Assembly (NCBI GenBank): GCA_038087875.1
Contig: CM076002.1
Coordinates: 62,001 to 126,000 of the forward strand
Reading direction: 5' to 3'
Source of the DNA: Malacoraja senta
Taxonomy: Eukaryota
DNA: 64,000 nucleotides
In this document: positions 23,620 through 35,301 of the stretch, piece after piece
Numbering within the stretch: the stretch's first letter is position 1
Layout of the letters: each line of letters begins with the position of its first letter
Notes under the pieces: model-generated
Seen by the model: the letters and a program-made list of their open reading frames with translations, nothing else
Told to the model about the DNA's origin: nothing
Databases searched by the model: none
Translations under genes and position numbers: made by a program

Positions 23620-25960
23620 TGGATTTCAAGGCAATTCTGGATTTAGTGTTGTCGAATGAACCAGATTTGATAAGAAAACTCTAGGTAAAGGAACCGCTTG
23701 GAGGTAGTGAACATAATATGATTAGTTTTAATCTGCAATTTGAGAAGGAGAAGGTTAAATCGGAAGTGTCAGTGATGCAGTTGAACAAAGGGGACTATGA
23801 GGGCATGAGAGGGGAGCTGGCCAAGGTAGACTGGAAAGGGATCCTGGCAGGAATGACAGTGGAACAGCAATGGCAGGAATTTTGGGGCATAATCCGGAAG
23901 ATGCAGGATCATTTCATTCCAAAAAGGAGGAAAGATTCTAAGGGGAGTAGGAGGCAACCGTGGCTGACAAGAGAAGTTAGGGATAGAATAAAACTAAAAG
24001 AAAAGACGTATAACACAGCAAAGAGTAGCTGGAAGCCAGAGGATTGGGAAACTTTCATAGGACAACAGAAGGAAACAAAACGGGCAATACAGGCTGAAAA
24101 TATGAAGTACGAGGGGAAGCTGGCCAGGAATATAAAGAAGGACAGTAAAGGCTTCTTTAGATATGTTAAGGGAAAAACAGTAGCAAAGTCAAATGTGGGT
24201 CCCTTGAAGGCAGACACGGGTGAAATTATTATGGGCAACAAGGAAATGGCAGAAGAGTTGAACAGGTACTTCGGATCTGTCTTCACTAAGGAAGACACAA
24301 ACAATCTCCCAGATGTACTGGAGGACAGAGGATCTAAGGGGGTAGAGGAACTGAAAGAAATTTTCATTAGGCGAGAAATAGTATTGGGTAAGCTAATGGG
24401 ACTGAAGGATGATAAATCCCCTGGGCCTGATGGTCTGCATCCCGGGCTCCTCAGGGAGGTGGCTGGAGAAATAGTGGACGCATTGGTGATCATTTTCCAA
24501 TGCTCAATAGATTCAGGATCAGTTCCTGTGGATTGGAGGATAGCTAATGTTATCCCACTTTTCAAGGAAGGAGCGAGAGAGAAAACGGGGAATTACAGAC
24601 CAGTTAGCCTGACTTCAGTGGTGGGAAAGATGCTGGAGTCAATTACTAAATAGGTAATAATAGGGCATTTGGATAGCAGTAAAAGGATTAGTCTAAGTCA
24701 ACATGGATTTATGAAAGGGAAATCATGCTTGACTATTCTTCTGGAATTTTTTGAGGATGTGACAAGTAAAATGGATGAAGGGGAGCCAGTGGATGTAGTG
24801 TATCTAGACTTTCAGAAAGCCTTTGATAAGGTCCCGCACGGGAGACTGGTGACTAAAATTAGAGCACATGGTATTGGGGGTAGGTTGTTGACATGGATAG
24901 AAAATTGGTTGGCAGACAGGAAGCAAAGAGTAGGAGTGAACGGGTCCTTTTCAGAATGGCAGGCAGTGGCGAGTGGAGTGCCGCAAGGCTCGGTGTTGGG
25001 GCCGTAACTGTTTACCATATATATTAATGATTTGAAAGAGGGAATTAGGAGCAACACTAGCAAGTTTGTGGATGACACAAAGCTGGGTTGCAGTGTAACT
25101 GTGAAGAGGATGTTAGGAGGTTGCAGGGTGACCTGGACAGGTTGAGTGAGTGGGCAGATGCTTGGCAGATGCAGTATAATATAGATAAATGTGAGGTTAT
25201 CCACTTTGGCGGCAAAAACAAGGGGGCAGATTATTATCTCAATGGCGTTAGGTTAGGTAAGGGGGAGACCTGGGTGTCCTTGTACACCGGTCACTGAAAG
25301 TTGGCGTGCAGGTACTGCAGGCAGTGAAGAAAGCTAATGGAATGTTGAACAAGAGGATTTCAGTATAGGAGTAAAGAGGTTCTTCTGCAGTTGTAAAGGG
25401 CTCTGGTGAGACCACATCTGGAGTATTGTGTACAGTTTTAGTCTCCTATCCTTGTGATTGAGGCCGTGCAGCGTAGGTTCACGAGATTGATCCCTGGGAT
25501 GGCAGGACTGTCATATGAGGAAAGATTGAAAAGACTAGGCTTGTATTCACTGGAGTTTAGAAGGATGAGGGTGGATCTTATAGAAACATATAAAATTATA
25601 AAAGGACTGGACAAGCTAGTTGCAGGAAAAATGTTCCCAATGTTGGGCGAGTCCAGAACAAGGGGCCACAGTCTTAGAATAAAGGGGAGGCCATTTAAGA
25701 CTGAGGCGAGAAAAAACGTTTTCACCCAGAGAGTTGTGAATTTGCGGAATTCCCGGCCACAGAGGGCAGTGGAGGCCAAATCACTGGATGGATTTAAGAG
25801 AGTTAGATAGAGCACTAGGGGCTAGTGGAGTCAAGGGATATGGGGAGAAGGCAGGCACGGGTTATTGATTGGGGACGATCAGCCATGATCACAATGAATG
25901 GCGGTGCTGGCTCGAAGGGCCGAATGGCCTCCTCCTGCACCTATTTTCAATGTTTCTATT
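23620..25960 (+). mobile_element. 5'-truncated CR1 LINE (second subfamily), disrupted RT
   Basis: ORFs 23718, 24669, 25088 and 25454 give a contiguous ORF2 with stops and frameshifts; 3' UTR and tail. Confidence 0.95.
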
Positions 25961-26379
25961 CATGTGAGGGTCGTCTCCTAGTTTGATTTCCCAAAATACT
26001 GCACCTCGCACGTATTTGCACTAAGGTCCATTAACCATTCCTCAGCCCAACTTATAGAAGTTGATGCCTAGCTGATCAAGATCCTGCTACAATTTTTGAC
26101 ACCCATCTTCACTATCTACAATACCACCCACTTTAATGTCATCTGCAAATTTACTAATTGTACCTTGTGCATTCCCACCCAAATCATAGACATAAATCAA
26201 TGTTCAGTCTTAGAAAAGCACAGGAGAAATTAAAACGTGAGCAGTGGATTGGTGGAGGCATCTGAAAAGAGAGGGGGACAATTTAAAGGCAACTGGTGAA
26301 CTGGTTGGAGCATCCAAAAATAGTAATTGAGCAGCTAATAAAAATAAGGCAAGGTGTAGTGGAGTAGTCTATTGGGAGC

Positions 26380-27850
26380 GAGGCTGTGTTGAGGTCAAGT
26401 GAGAGTCTTTGATGAAGAGGCTGAGGCAAGAAGGCAATCAGAGGGGAAGGAGCAGTCTGCTTGTGTGTGTGAATCTTGTGACTTTTTATTTCTCCAATTT
26501 TATTTCTTGGTTCAGTTGCAGTGGTGATGGCAGGTAAGTTGGTGCAATGCTCCTCCTGCAGGATGTGGGAAGTCGGGGAAACTGGTGTCCCTGATGACGA
26601 CACTGGTGGGAATTGTGGCCAGATGCAGCTCCTTAAAGTCTGCATTATGGAACTAGAGCTACAGCTGGATGACCTCAGGACCATCTGGGAGAGTGAGAGT
26701 TTCTTGGACAAGATGTATAGTGAGTTCATCACGCCCAAGGAAGAGAGAAGGTGGGTGACCACGAGGATGGGAAATAGACATGGAGTGCTGGTGACCCCTG
26801 TGGTCATCACCCTTCCACAGGTACACCCTTTTGGGTGCTGTCGGTGGGATGACACATCACGTTTGAACAGCTGTACCAGACAGGGCTGTGGCACCAAGCC
26901 CAGCACTGAGGCTCAGCAGGTAAGGCTAAGATCAAGCAGATCCATAGTTGTAGGTGATTCTTTAGTTAGAGGAGGCGGGAGATTCTGCAGCAGCAGTGGG
27001 GACTCTAGGATGGTGTGCTGCCTCCCTGATGCCAGGGTCCAGGACGTCTCAGAGCGGTTGCATGACATTCTCGCGGGAGGGGGAGCAGCCGGAAGTCGTT
27101 ATGCATGTTGGCACAAATGACATAGCCAGGAACAGGAAGGACCTTCTGCAAAATGAGTATCGGGAGTTAGATAAAAGATTAAAAAGCAGGACCTTCAGGA
27201 AAGTGATCTCTGGATTGTTTCCATTGCCACGTGCTAATGAGAGTAGGAACTGGAAGATGGGGGAGATGAATGTGTGGCTGAGGAGTTGGTGCAGGGGGCA
27301 GGGATTCAGATTTCTGTGCCATTGGGATCTCTTCTGGGGCAGATGTGACCCGTACAAGAGGAATGGGTTGCATCTTAACTGGAGGGGGGGCAAAATCCTG
27401 GCAGGCAGGTTCACTAGTGCTACACAGGTGGGTTTAAACTAGATTGGTAAGAGGGTGGGATTCGATGCCGTACTGAGGCAGATAAGAGGCTGGAAATCGG
27501 TAAAGATGGTGATGAAAGTTCAGTGGACAGAATAAGCAGGGAGAGTTGATGGACTGTTGGTTTGAATTGCACTTGCGGAATTCTAATGTGAATGGCCTGA
27601 GAGGTTAAGGCAGATGAACTCTGGGCATGGATAAGTACTTGTGATTTAATGTTGTAGCCATTACAGAAACCTGATTGAGGACAGGGCGGGCAGCTCAATG
27701 TTCACCTTGTTGGGAATGTACGATAGACTCCCAAATAGTAAACGGGAATTAGAAGAGCAAATATGCCAGGGGATTGCAGACAGCTGCAGGATTAATAAGG
27801 TTGTCCTAGTAGGGGATTTCCCATTATTGCCAGGGACTGTCATAAGGCAA
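26380..27850 (+). mobile_element. CR1 5' portion: ORF1 with Cys motif, coiled coil and SGNH/GDSL esterase domain, then degraded endonuclease
   Basis: VQCSSCRMWE...ELELQLDDLR; IVVGDSLVRG, VCCLPDARVQDV, VVMHVGTNDI, NGLHLN (frameshift near 27075). Confidence 0.88.
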
Positions 27851-28259
27851 AATGTTGAAGAGGTTTCTCCTCATCATGGTCATTTATAGCCCACCCTTAC
27901 TGTGAGATTGTGCCCCTGGCCCTGGATACCACAGTCAGGAGGAACCTCCTCCCTGTGTCCAGTCTATCAAGCCTGGTAGAATTTCACAAGTTTCTGCAAG
28001 ATTCCTCAGTCTTTGAACACCAAGAATAGAGGGCAGCTTTACTCTATTTCTCCTCATGTGACAAACCCCTGTAATCCTGAAATTTGGACTCTGTTTCTCT
28101 CTCCACAGACGCTGCCTGAACCCCAGGGCACTACCCGGATTCTCTGATTTTACCCCAGGAAACTGTCTGGAGAATCTTCAATGCACTCCCCCTATAGAAA
28201 GTGCACCTTTCATTAGGTAAGGGCACCAGGTTTGTACACAATCCTTCAGATATGGTCTC

Positions 28260-29720
28260 AAAAAAGATACACAGCAGAAAGCATTCTATCCAAATGCATT
28301 GCGACTTGGTTTGGAAACTTCTCTGCCCAAGACCACAAGATATTGAAGAGAGTTGGGGATATTGTCCAATCCATCACACAGACCAGACTTCCCACCATGG
28401 ACTATATTAATACTTCCGCTGCCTCTGGAAAATAGCCAACATAATCAAAGACTACTCACTCCATCGGGCAGTGATTACAAAAGCATGAAGGCACGGTACC
28501 TGGACGGGACGTCGAAGGACGAGAAGCCGAAGCGAAGAAGTGGAAGCCAAGATACCGAACGGAAACGACGCCGAAAAGCCAAATAACCGAACGGACATGA
28601 CGCCGAAAAGCCAAATAACTGAAAGGGCATGATGCCTAAAAACCAAATAACTGAACAGACACAATGCCGAAAAGCCAAATAACCAAATGGACACGATGCC
28701 AAATGGTCGGTTAGATCAGACGAAAGCTGGTTATGAAATTTGTTTAATTTCGCCCAATGCATTTGATAAAGGTTTTCTCTAGAACTTTTCCAACCGCCGA
28801 ACGCAAAACGACCAGAACTATCATATGATTGAACCAACTAGGGGAGCTAAGATATTCTTTGAACCGGTAATATTTTTTCGTCTGGTTTCTCGATTCACAC
28901 CCAAAGGACCACTGGACTTCAAGATGCACGGTAGTGTATGTATTCTGGTAGTCAAAATATATTTGTTACAGTGTTACTATGGAACCAATTTGGATTATCA
29001 TTTTCTCAAATCAACTGAAAGTTCCAATCACACGGGGTGTTATTTTATATTCAGGAAAGTCCAAAAGCGGCAAAGGAAAATTTAAAAATCCCTCCCGTCT
29101 CCCCCGGCCAGTGATGTGATGGACCAATCGTTGACAAGGTCTTGGATAAATCACGTCCCTGGAAACGTCATGTCCGTTCGGCAGCTTTTCGACGTCATGT
29201 CCGTTCTGCGTGTTGTCCTTTCGCGTGGAGTCCGTTCGGGTTCGTATCCTTTCGGCGTCGTGCCCGTTTGGTTATTTGGCTTTTAGGCGTCATGTCCGTT
29301 CGGTTATTTGGCTTTTCGACGTCGTTTCTGTTCGTAATCTTGGCTTCCACTTCTTCACTTCAGCTTCTCGTCCTTCGATGTCCCGTTCGCACAGGTGAAG
29401 GCACATCCTACCAGATTCAGGAACGCTGTCAGACTATTGAATGGTCCTCCCATTAAAAAAAAGGGATAATCCCAATCTCACAATCTAACAACAGTAATAC
29501 CAATAATAAACCAACAGCAATGGCTCATTTAGGTTCTTGCATGTTTTAATCTGCACTTTCACAGTAACTGTAACACGGTAGACTACATTCTACACTGGTA
29601 TATTTATTTTTGTGCTACTTGTTGTACTTTTGTAAGGCTTCATTGTATCATGTATGGTATGATTTGACTGGATAGTATGCAGAGTTTTTCACTATCTCGA
29701 TACATGTGACAATAATAATC
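28260..29720 (+). mobile_element. Degraded Rex1/Babar 3' fragment split by the foldback element
   Basis: ESILSKCIATWFGNFSAQDHKILKRV before the insertion; accagattcaggaac and gtgacaataata tail after it. Confidence 0.65.
28495..29395. mobile_element. Foldback/Mutator-like non-autonomous element with long repeat-built TIRs
   Basis: 9-bp TSD tgaaggcac (28486-28494, 29396-29404); inverted arms over 130 bp containing ~31-bp tandem units (gccgaaaagccaaataaccgaacggacatgac). Confidence 0.85.
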
Positions 29721-30112
29721 CAACTCCAAGGCCATGTATAATTCTGGTGACCTATTCCAGGTACCCACGGTGATCACACACTGACTGTAGTTGAAACACA
29801 CGGTGCCAGGACAACAAGAGGATCATCAGACAAAGAAGTGACATCACAACTTGGTCGTCTGTGCTCTGTGAAATATCCCTGGACAGGAGAACGGACAACT
29901 CAATAAATCCTGGGCTAGTATCCAGGCACCGTGCTATATTGTGGAATAGGAGCCCAGGCCTCAAGGAAGATACTGGGACAGACTGGTGAAGATCCACCCA
30001 ACTGCAATTTACAAGACAGGAGCCCTGACATCCTGGCAATTACAGGACAAGAACCACTTCTCTGGGAAAGAGCATACAGATCCCAGGAAGTACATTCACC
30101 CAGTCAGAGGGG

Positions 30113-33100
30113 ATGGCAGGTGTTTCATCAACTGTAAACAGCTGGTCTAAAAACCTGAACACTCCACAACTTGTGAGGGATTTGGGTTTACAGGATCATT
30201 ATCCTCACAAACTGTCACTGACGTCCATGCGGGAGGTATCCTGGGGTAAACTGGACGACAGCAAACCAACTCGACCAGAAGATCTTCCTTGGCGATTTCT
30301 CCAAAGGATCCTTTCAGCTAATTCACTGGCGAGGAATCCTGAATGGCCCCCTGATCAGTCCTCGGACGGTCACAACAGTGACGATGAAGACTTCAGTGAT
30401 TTCTTTGAAGTGAAAGAGCCAGGAGATTCTGGGATTAACCCTCTGGATATCATTGCTGCCATTTTCCTCTGTGCCGACCACTCTCTCCAGCAGGAACTGA
30501 TGCTGAAGATGTCTCTGTGCCAACTTGCATTACCCTTTCTGCTGCCGGAAGGGCACAGTTACCCCAGGGACAAGGTGAGGGGACCCATGGAAGGGCCTGG
30601 TGCCACCCTTCTCCTCTGGGCCATGAGGCCCATTGTTAAAATGTGGTGCCCACAATCTCCCACAGGGAACAGACCCGTTGTGGAGATGCCCATCGTGACA
30701 GCAACTGTGCCAACTGTCTCCTTCCTCAGACTCGGAAGGTGCACGGTGTCCAAATCCAGAGTCCTCAATCTCACCTTGAGCCAGACCCAGCTGCAGCAGA
30801 ACATCTTCCTGCACTCCGCGATGGAATGTGGGAATGTGCCCCGTGGGATATCGGATGGGATGGTTGAGATCAGCTGGTATCTACCTTCTGGGAAGAGCTA
30901 CACGGACATTTTCCCGGAGGCTGCTGCATTCATCAACCTCCGAGGTGATGCTGAAACTTACCAGGGACACACTCGGTTTCTGGCAAAAGTCTCTGCTGCT
31001 CTCTTTATTTTCATTGACGTTATTGGTGAGAAGGAAAGAGAATTCCTCACCTCTCTCGCACAGTCACCGGCAAAACTCTTTCTGATAGTGAACACTCACA
31101 TCAACCCTGAGCAGGTAAAGAAACTGTTTGTAGGTGAGACGTTACCATGGCAAAGAAGCATTGTTTGGACAAATGTAAACGAGGCCAAACTTGTTGAAAA
31201 AATTCGATCTCGGATAAAACAAGTGATTCTAATGAGGGACAGGGACCAGAGCTTCCTGAGTCTGGAACAAATGGGTGATATTGCGAGGGAAAGTGGGATT
31301 CAGGTCGATGAGCATCAGCCTGAAATACAACGGGCCAAGGACTTGACCAAAATACTGGGCAGTCTTGACCCTGCAGACATCACTGGGTATAAAAAGAGAG
31401 TGCTGCCCTTTCATGGAGAGCCCTGGCAAGGGCTGACTAAAGTTGAGAAAGAGAAGTCTCGGATGAAACTCCGTGGGGACAGAACCACAGAGAAGTATAA
31501 CCACGAGCTGGACCAAGACAAGAAAAGAATCCGGGAAGCTCAGCTCAGACAGAGCCTGTCGGAGGAGATGCAGATGTTCATTGACCACCTCACCTGTCCT
31601 GGTGGGGATGACAGGGCCATTTCCTTGCAGTGGCTGAAGCTGATGCTGGACAGTAAATCAAGGCAAATCATGGCAGGATTGCGCAGGGATTATAAAGAAC
31701 TGAGCAAAGTCTACATGCAGAAGGTCAAGGAGCTGAAGGACATGGATCAGAAGATGACTGATAGTTCCCTGGGACTTGAGCACTTCATGAGGGAACTGGG
31801 CCAGGTTTATGAACTCTCAGTGACACAACACAACATCAAGCAACAAACACAGATCCACCCACATGTGCTTCAGTTACCGGGTGTTGCTGCTGAACTGTTA
31901 CTGGATGGGTTCCCACTGGAGCTCATTGATGGAGACGTCTCCAACGTTCCTGTTTCATGGATCACTGCTGTACTGGAAGCAGTGGCCGAGAAGGTGGGAC
32001 GTGCTTCCCGAGTGTTTGTGCTGACAGTGATTGGAGTTCAGAGCACGGGCAAGTCCACGCTCCTCAATACAATGTTCTGTTTGCGGTTTGCTGTGAGCAG
32101 CGGCCGATGTACTCGAGGGGCCTACATGCAGCTGATAAAGGTCACAGGGAGCCTGGTGGAGGAGCTGGGCTGTGACTTCATCCTGGTCATTGACACGGAG
32201 GGGCTGAGAGCTCCAGAACTTGCAACACTAACAGACAGCTACGAACACGACAATGAGCTGGCAACATTCGTGGTGGGATTAAGCAACATAACGTTGGTAA
32301 ACATAGGCATGGAAACCATCGCAGAGATGAAAGATATTTTACAGATTGTTGTTCATTCCTTACTCCGCATGAAACTGACGGGGAGAAGACCAAAGTGCAT
32401 ATTTATCCACCAGAATGTTGGAGATGTGAGTGCACATGATCACAATCTGAGAGGCCGTCAGAAACTACTGGAACAGCTGGATAAGATGACAGAGGCTGCA
32501 GCAAAACTGGAGAAGGTGGAGGGAGTTACGTTCCGTGATGTGATGGACTATGATGCTGACAAGGACAACTGGTACATCCCTGGTCTGTGGCAAGGTACAC
32601 CCCCAATGGCTGCCATCAACACTGGCTACAGTGAACACGTCTTCCAACTGAAGAAGAGTCTCATTCAATGTTTACTCAAAGGGAAATCAGACCAAGGAGC
32701 TTTAACAATCCCAGACTTTACCAAATGGATGACTGGCCTTTGGGAGCAGGTGAAACATGAGAATTACATTTTCAGCTTCCAGAACAGTCTGTTCGCAGAG
32801 GCTTACAACCAGCTCTCTGTGAAGTACAAGGACTGGGAGTGGGAGCTCCACAAATTCACACACTCCTGGGGAAATGAGGCTGAAAACACAGTAAACAATG
32901 CAAGTGGTGACCTCAACCTACTGCTCCAAACACTGGAACGTGAGATCAGGATGGAGATTAACAAAAGGGAGGGTGAGACTCTGGATAAACTAAAAGCTCT
33001 GTTTGTAAGTGGGGCTGATAACGTGCAGCTGATGGAGAAATACAGGGAGGAATTCAAGCTCAGCATCTCCAGTTTATGTAGACGGCTTCAGGATGATTTA

Positions 33101-33940
33101 ATGCACAGATGTAAGGATGCTGTGAACAGATGTGTGGGACTGCAGGAAGTGGATGATAGTTGGAATAAATTTCACAAGAAGTTCGAACAACAGGTCAAGG
33201 AGCTTTTATTAAAGTGTAAAGGGGCAAATCAGGTGTTGGGTGACAAGGAACTGCAAACTGCCTTTGGAAAGATGTGGCAAGACACACTGTCACAGCTGGA
33301 CTATCAGCCCTGTAGAGAAAGAAACATTGAACTGGAGATTGAAAATCATATCAGAGAGAACACAGCAACTCAAGGGAGGGTGATTAATGAAATGCTAGAA
33401 AGAAAACCTCTCTGTAAATGGGGAACCCAGTTATTTCAGATTGAAAGGAAACACATCAACATGACATGGAGGGGCAACTTTAAACACACAATCAGTCGTG
33501 CCTTCCACCAATCAGATCATGATGTTGTTGACTTAGTAACAATGATAACACAGTCCCTCGAGGATGAATGCCATCAATGGATCAGTGACATCACAAAAAT
33601 CGACATGGATTATGACATTAGATATTGTATTGAACTTTTGAATATTATAGAGGAGAAAATGAACAATATTTCAAACCCAAACTTCACAATGAGCGAGGAA
33701 TTCAGGGCTGAGTTTAAACTTCACCTGTGTGGTTACGCTGTACCAAGATTCCAAGACATGCAGACGAGGTTCATCCAGAAACACGACCCGCGGCAAAGAC
33801 TGGCAAACATGAAGGGTCAATACTTTGATGTCTTCATGGATATTTACACAGAGCAGGATGATTACCAGAGACAAGCAGGTTTGCACAATCTTGTTTCTTG
33901 CCAGCGCTCAGAGACGCCACCCTCAAGGCACTCAGTATGA
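30113..33940 (+). CDS. URGCP/GVIN1-like very large inducible GTPase (VLIG-type G domain), 1275-aa ORF whose last ~20 residues are frameshift-derived
   Basis: LGLQDHYPHKL, PWRFLQRI, NPLDIIAAIFLCAD, MSLCQLALPFLLP, GMVEISWYLP, NLRGDA, DGFPLELIDGD; G1 GVQSTGKS (32033-32056), GRCTRGA, G3 DTEG (~32192), HDNELAT, LWQGTPPMA; strong start context gggATGG. Confidence 0.9.
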   Translation: MAGVSSTVNSWSKNLNTPQLVRDLGLQDHYPHKLSLTSMREVSWGKLDDSKPTRPEDLPWRFLQRILSANSLARNPEWPPDQSSDGHNSDDEDFSDFFEVKEPGDSGINPLDIIAAIFLCADHSLQQELMLKMSLCQLALPFLLPEGHSYPRDKVRGPMEGPGATLLLWAMRPIVKMWCPQSPTGNRPVVEMPIVTATVPTVSFLRLGRCTVSKSRVLNLTLSQTQLQQNIFLHSAMECGNVPRGISDGMVEISWYLPSGKSYTDIFPEAAAFINLRGDAETYQGHTRFLAKVSAALFIFIDVIGEKEREFLTSLAQSPAKLFLIVNTHINPEQVKKLFVGETLPWQRSIVWTNVNEAKLVEKIRSRIKQVILMRDRDQSFLSLEQMGDIARESGIQVDEHQPEIQRAKDLTKILGSLDPADITGYKKRVLPFHGEPWQGLTKVEKEKSRMKLRGDRTTEKYNHELDQDKKRIREAQLRQSLSEEMQMFIDHLTCPGGDDRAISLQWLKLMLDSKSRQIMAGLRRDYKELSKVYMQKVKELKDMDQKMTDSSLGLEHFMRELGQVYELSVTQHNIKQQTQIHPHVLQLPGVAAELLLDGFPLELIDGDVSNVPVSWITAVLEAVAEKVGRASRVFVLTVIGVQSTGKSTLLNTMFCLRFAVSSGRCTRGAYMQLIKVTGSLVEELGCDFILVIDTEGLRAPELATLTDSYEHDNELATFVVGLSNITLVNIGMETIAEMKDILQIVVHSLLRMKLTGRRPKCIFIHQNVGDVSAHDHNLRGRQKLLEQLDKMTEAAAKLEKVEGVTFRDVMDYDADKDNWYIPGLWQGTPPMAAINTGYSEHVFQLKKSLIQCLLKGKSDQGALTIPDFTKWMTGLWEQVKHENYIFSFQNSLFAEAYNQLSVKYKDWEWELHKFTHSWGNEAENTVNNASGDLNLLLQTLEREIRMEINKREGETLDKLKALFVSGADNVQLMEKYREEFKLSISSLCRRLQDDLMHRCKDAVNRCVGLQEVDDSWNKFHKKFEQQVKELLLKCKGANQVLGDKELQTAFGKMWQDTLSQLDYQPCRERNIELEIENHIRENTATQGRVINEMLERKPLCKWGTQLFQIERKHINMTWRGNFKHTISRAFHQSDHDVVDLVTMITQSLEDECHQWISDITKIDMDYDIRYCIELLNIIEEKMNNISNPNFTMSEEFRAEFKLHLCGYAVPRFQDMQTRFIQKHDPRQRLANMKGQYFDVFMDIYTEQDDYQRQAGLHNLVSCQRSETPPSRHSV

Positions 33941-35001
33941 ACATCGTGAATGATATGAAACAAAATGACCCTGAGAAGAAGTACAGTCTCCACAACAACT
34001 TCACTGTGGCCCTCCTGGTGCACTTGAAACAAAGGGGTACATTTGATGACTATCACCGGTATATCACTGACTTTGAGAATTTGGCCAAAGACTGGCTCCG
34101 TCACCAGGTTATTGAACACTGCAAGACACAATGTGATGGAGAGAGCACGTTTACCCGTCTGGCTAAAGGAATCCTCACACAGATCACTGGGCAAGCTAAA
34201 GAGATTGTTGAGGACGCAGTGATGCACAACTTTGCTGGAAATGCTCAGAGCTTCCTGGACATGTTTGTTGAAAAGTTAAAGACCAGGATCACAATGCCCA
34301 AAGATGAAATGAAACTCGTTCTGTTTCACAGTGACGGTGATGGCAAGAAATGGGCAGAAGCAGTTCTGCCATCTATTGAAGAGGTGGAGCAGAGACTCGT
34401 CAGTGAAGTAACATGCTGGGATATCCAAGCAAAGATTGAAGAATTATCCATTAAATGCAGGGATGAGCTGTTCAAAGTGTTATTCAATTGTACTAAGAAA
34501 TGTCTTTTCTGTGGGGTTTTCTGCGATTCAGAGACCCCTGTACACTGAATCACAGCACTCTTGTAAGCAGCACAGACCTTCAGGACTTAATGGCTATCGA
34601 TGGGGAGACAGTGAATGTCTTGTAACTGACGTCTGCACAGTTTCAGTCACAGGTAAAGGATCATTCACAAATCAACGGATAAAGAGTCAACGTCTTGTAA
34701 CTGACGTCTGCACAGCTTCAGTTGCAGGCAATGCATCCTTTAGTAATAACGACACAAAATGGGAATACAAACCCTACAAGGATTACCAAACTGTCAATGA
34801 TTACTACAAATCCTGGATCATCCAGCGGGAAATTTCCACACAGGCAGCATCCTATTGGAAGAATTCTACACTTTCAATGAGCAGTTTGCTGAAAAATACA
34901 AAGCAAAACCTGCAGAGATCGATGAAGCCTGGAACATTGACTGGGATGTAGTGAGGGGAGATCTGAATAAGACGTATAACACAAACATTCAGTCTTGGTG
35001 A
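33879..35001 (+). pseudogene. Frameshifted ancestral C-terminal region of the GVIN-like gene
   Basis: In shifted frames: CTKKCLFCGVFC, HRPSGL, LVTDVC, PYKDY, ASYWK, FNEQFA, ending in tga at 34999-35001; frameshifts at ~33878, ~34545 and ~34860. Confidence 0.85.
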
Positions 35002-35301
35002 GGTGCCTTTACATGACATCACTCAGTTAGAGATAGAAATGGACAAACTGCTTCCGTATAAAGGAAATGGCAGAGTAAATCACACAACATTAAAATTCAA
35101 ATCACACCTTCTCGAAAAAACGACGCGCTAACAGTAATTTTTTTACATATTCCAGTAGAGATTTATCCCATGAAGTCAAATATCGCCTTATCTGAAAAAT
35201 TCATTATTTCTCGAGTTATTAATCAAAATGTTCACAAATCCAATAAAACTTTGAAATCAAAGCCTGGTTTTCGCTGATGATGTCACAATGGATCTGCCTG
35301 C

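Noticed and set aside
26521..27442. Possible host SGNH esterase gene
   Set aside because: It is the known esterase domain of CR1 ORF1, frameshifted and followed by endonuclease remnants.
28540..28700. ~31-bp direct repeats resembling a CRISPR-like array
   Set aside because: No unique spacers; they are head-to-tail units mirrored in the opposite arm of a TSD-flanked element in a vertebrate genome.
28745..29070. GCYF, FAQCI and RKVQ peptides suggestive of a MULE transposase remnant
   Set aside because: Very short, out of the expected order and missing the conserved His; could be chance.
33873..33884. CAG|GTTTGC donor created by the 4-bp deletion, which might let splicing rescue the frame
   Set aside because: Weak donor, and no convincing in-frame acceptor or intact downstream exon identified; needs RNA data.
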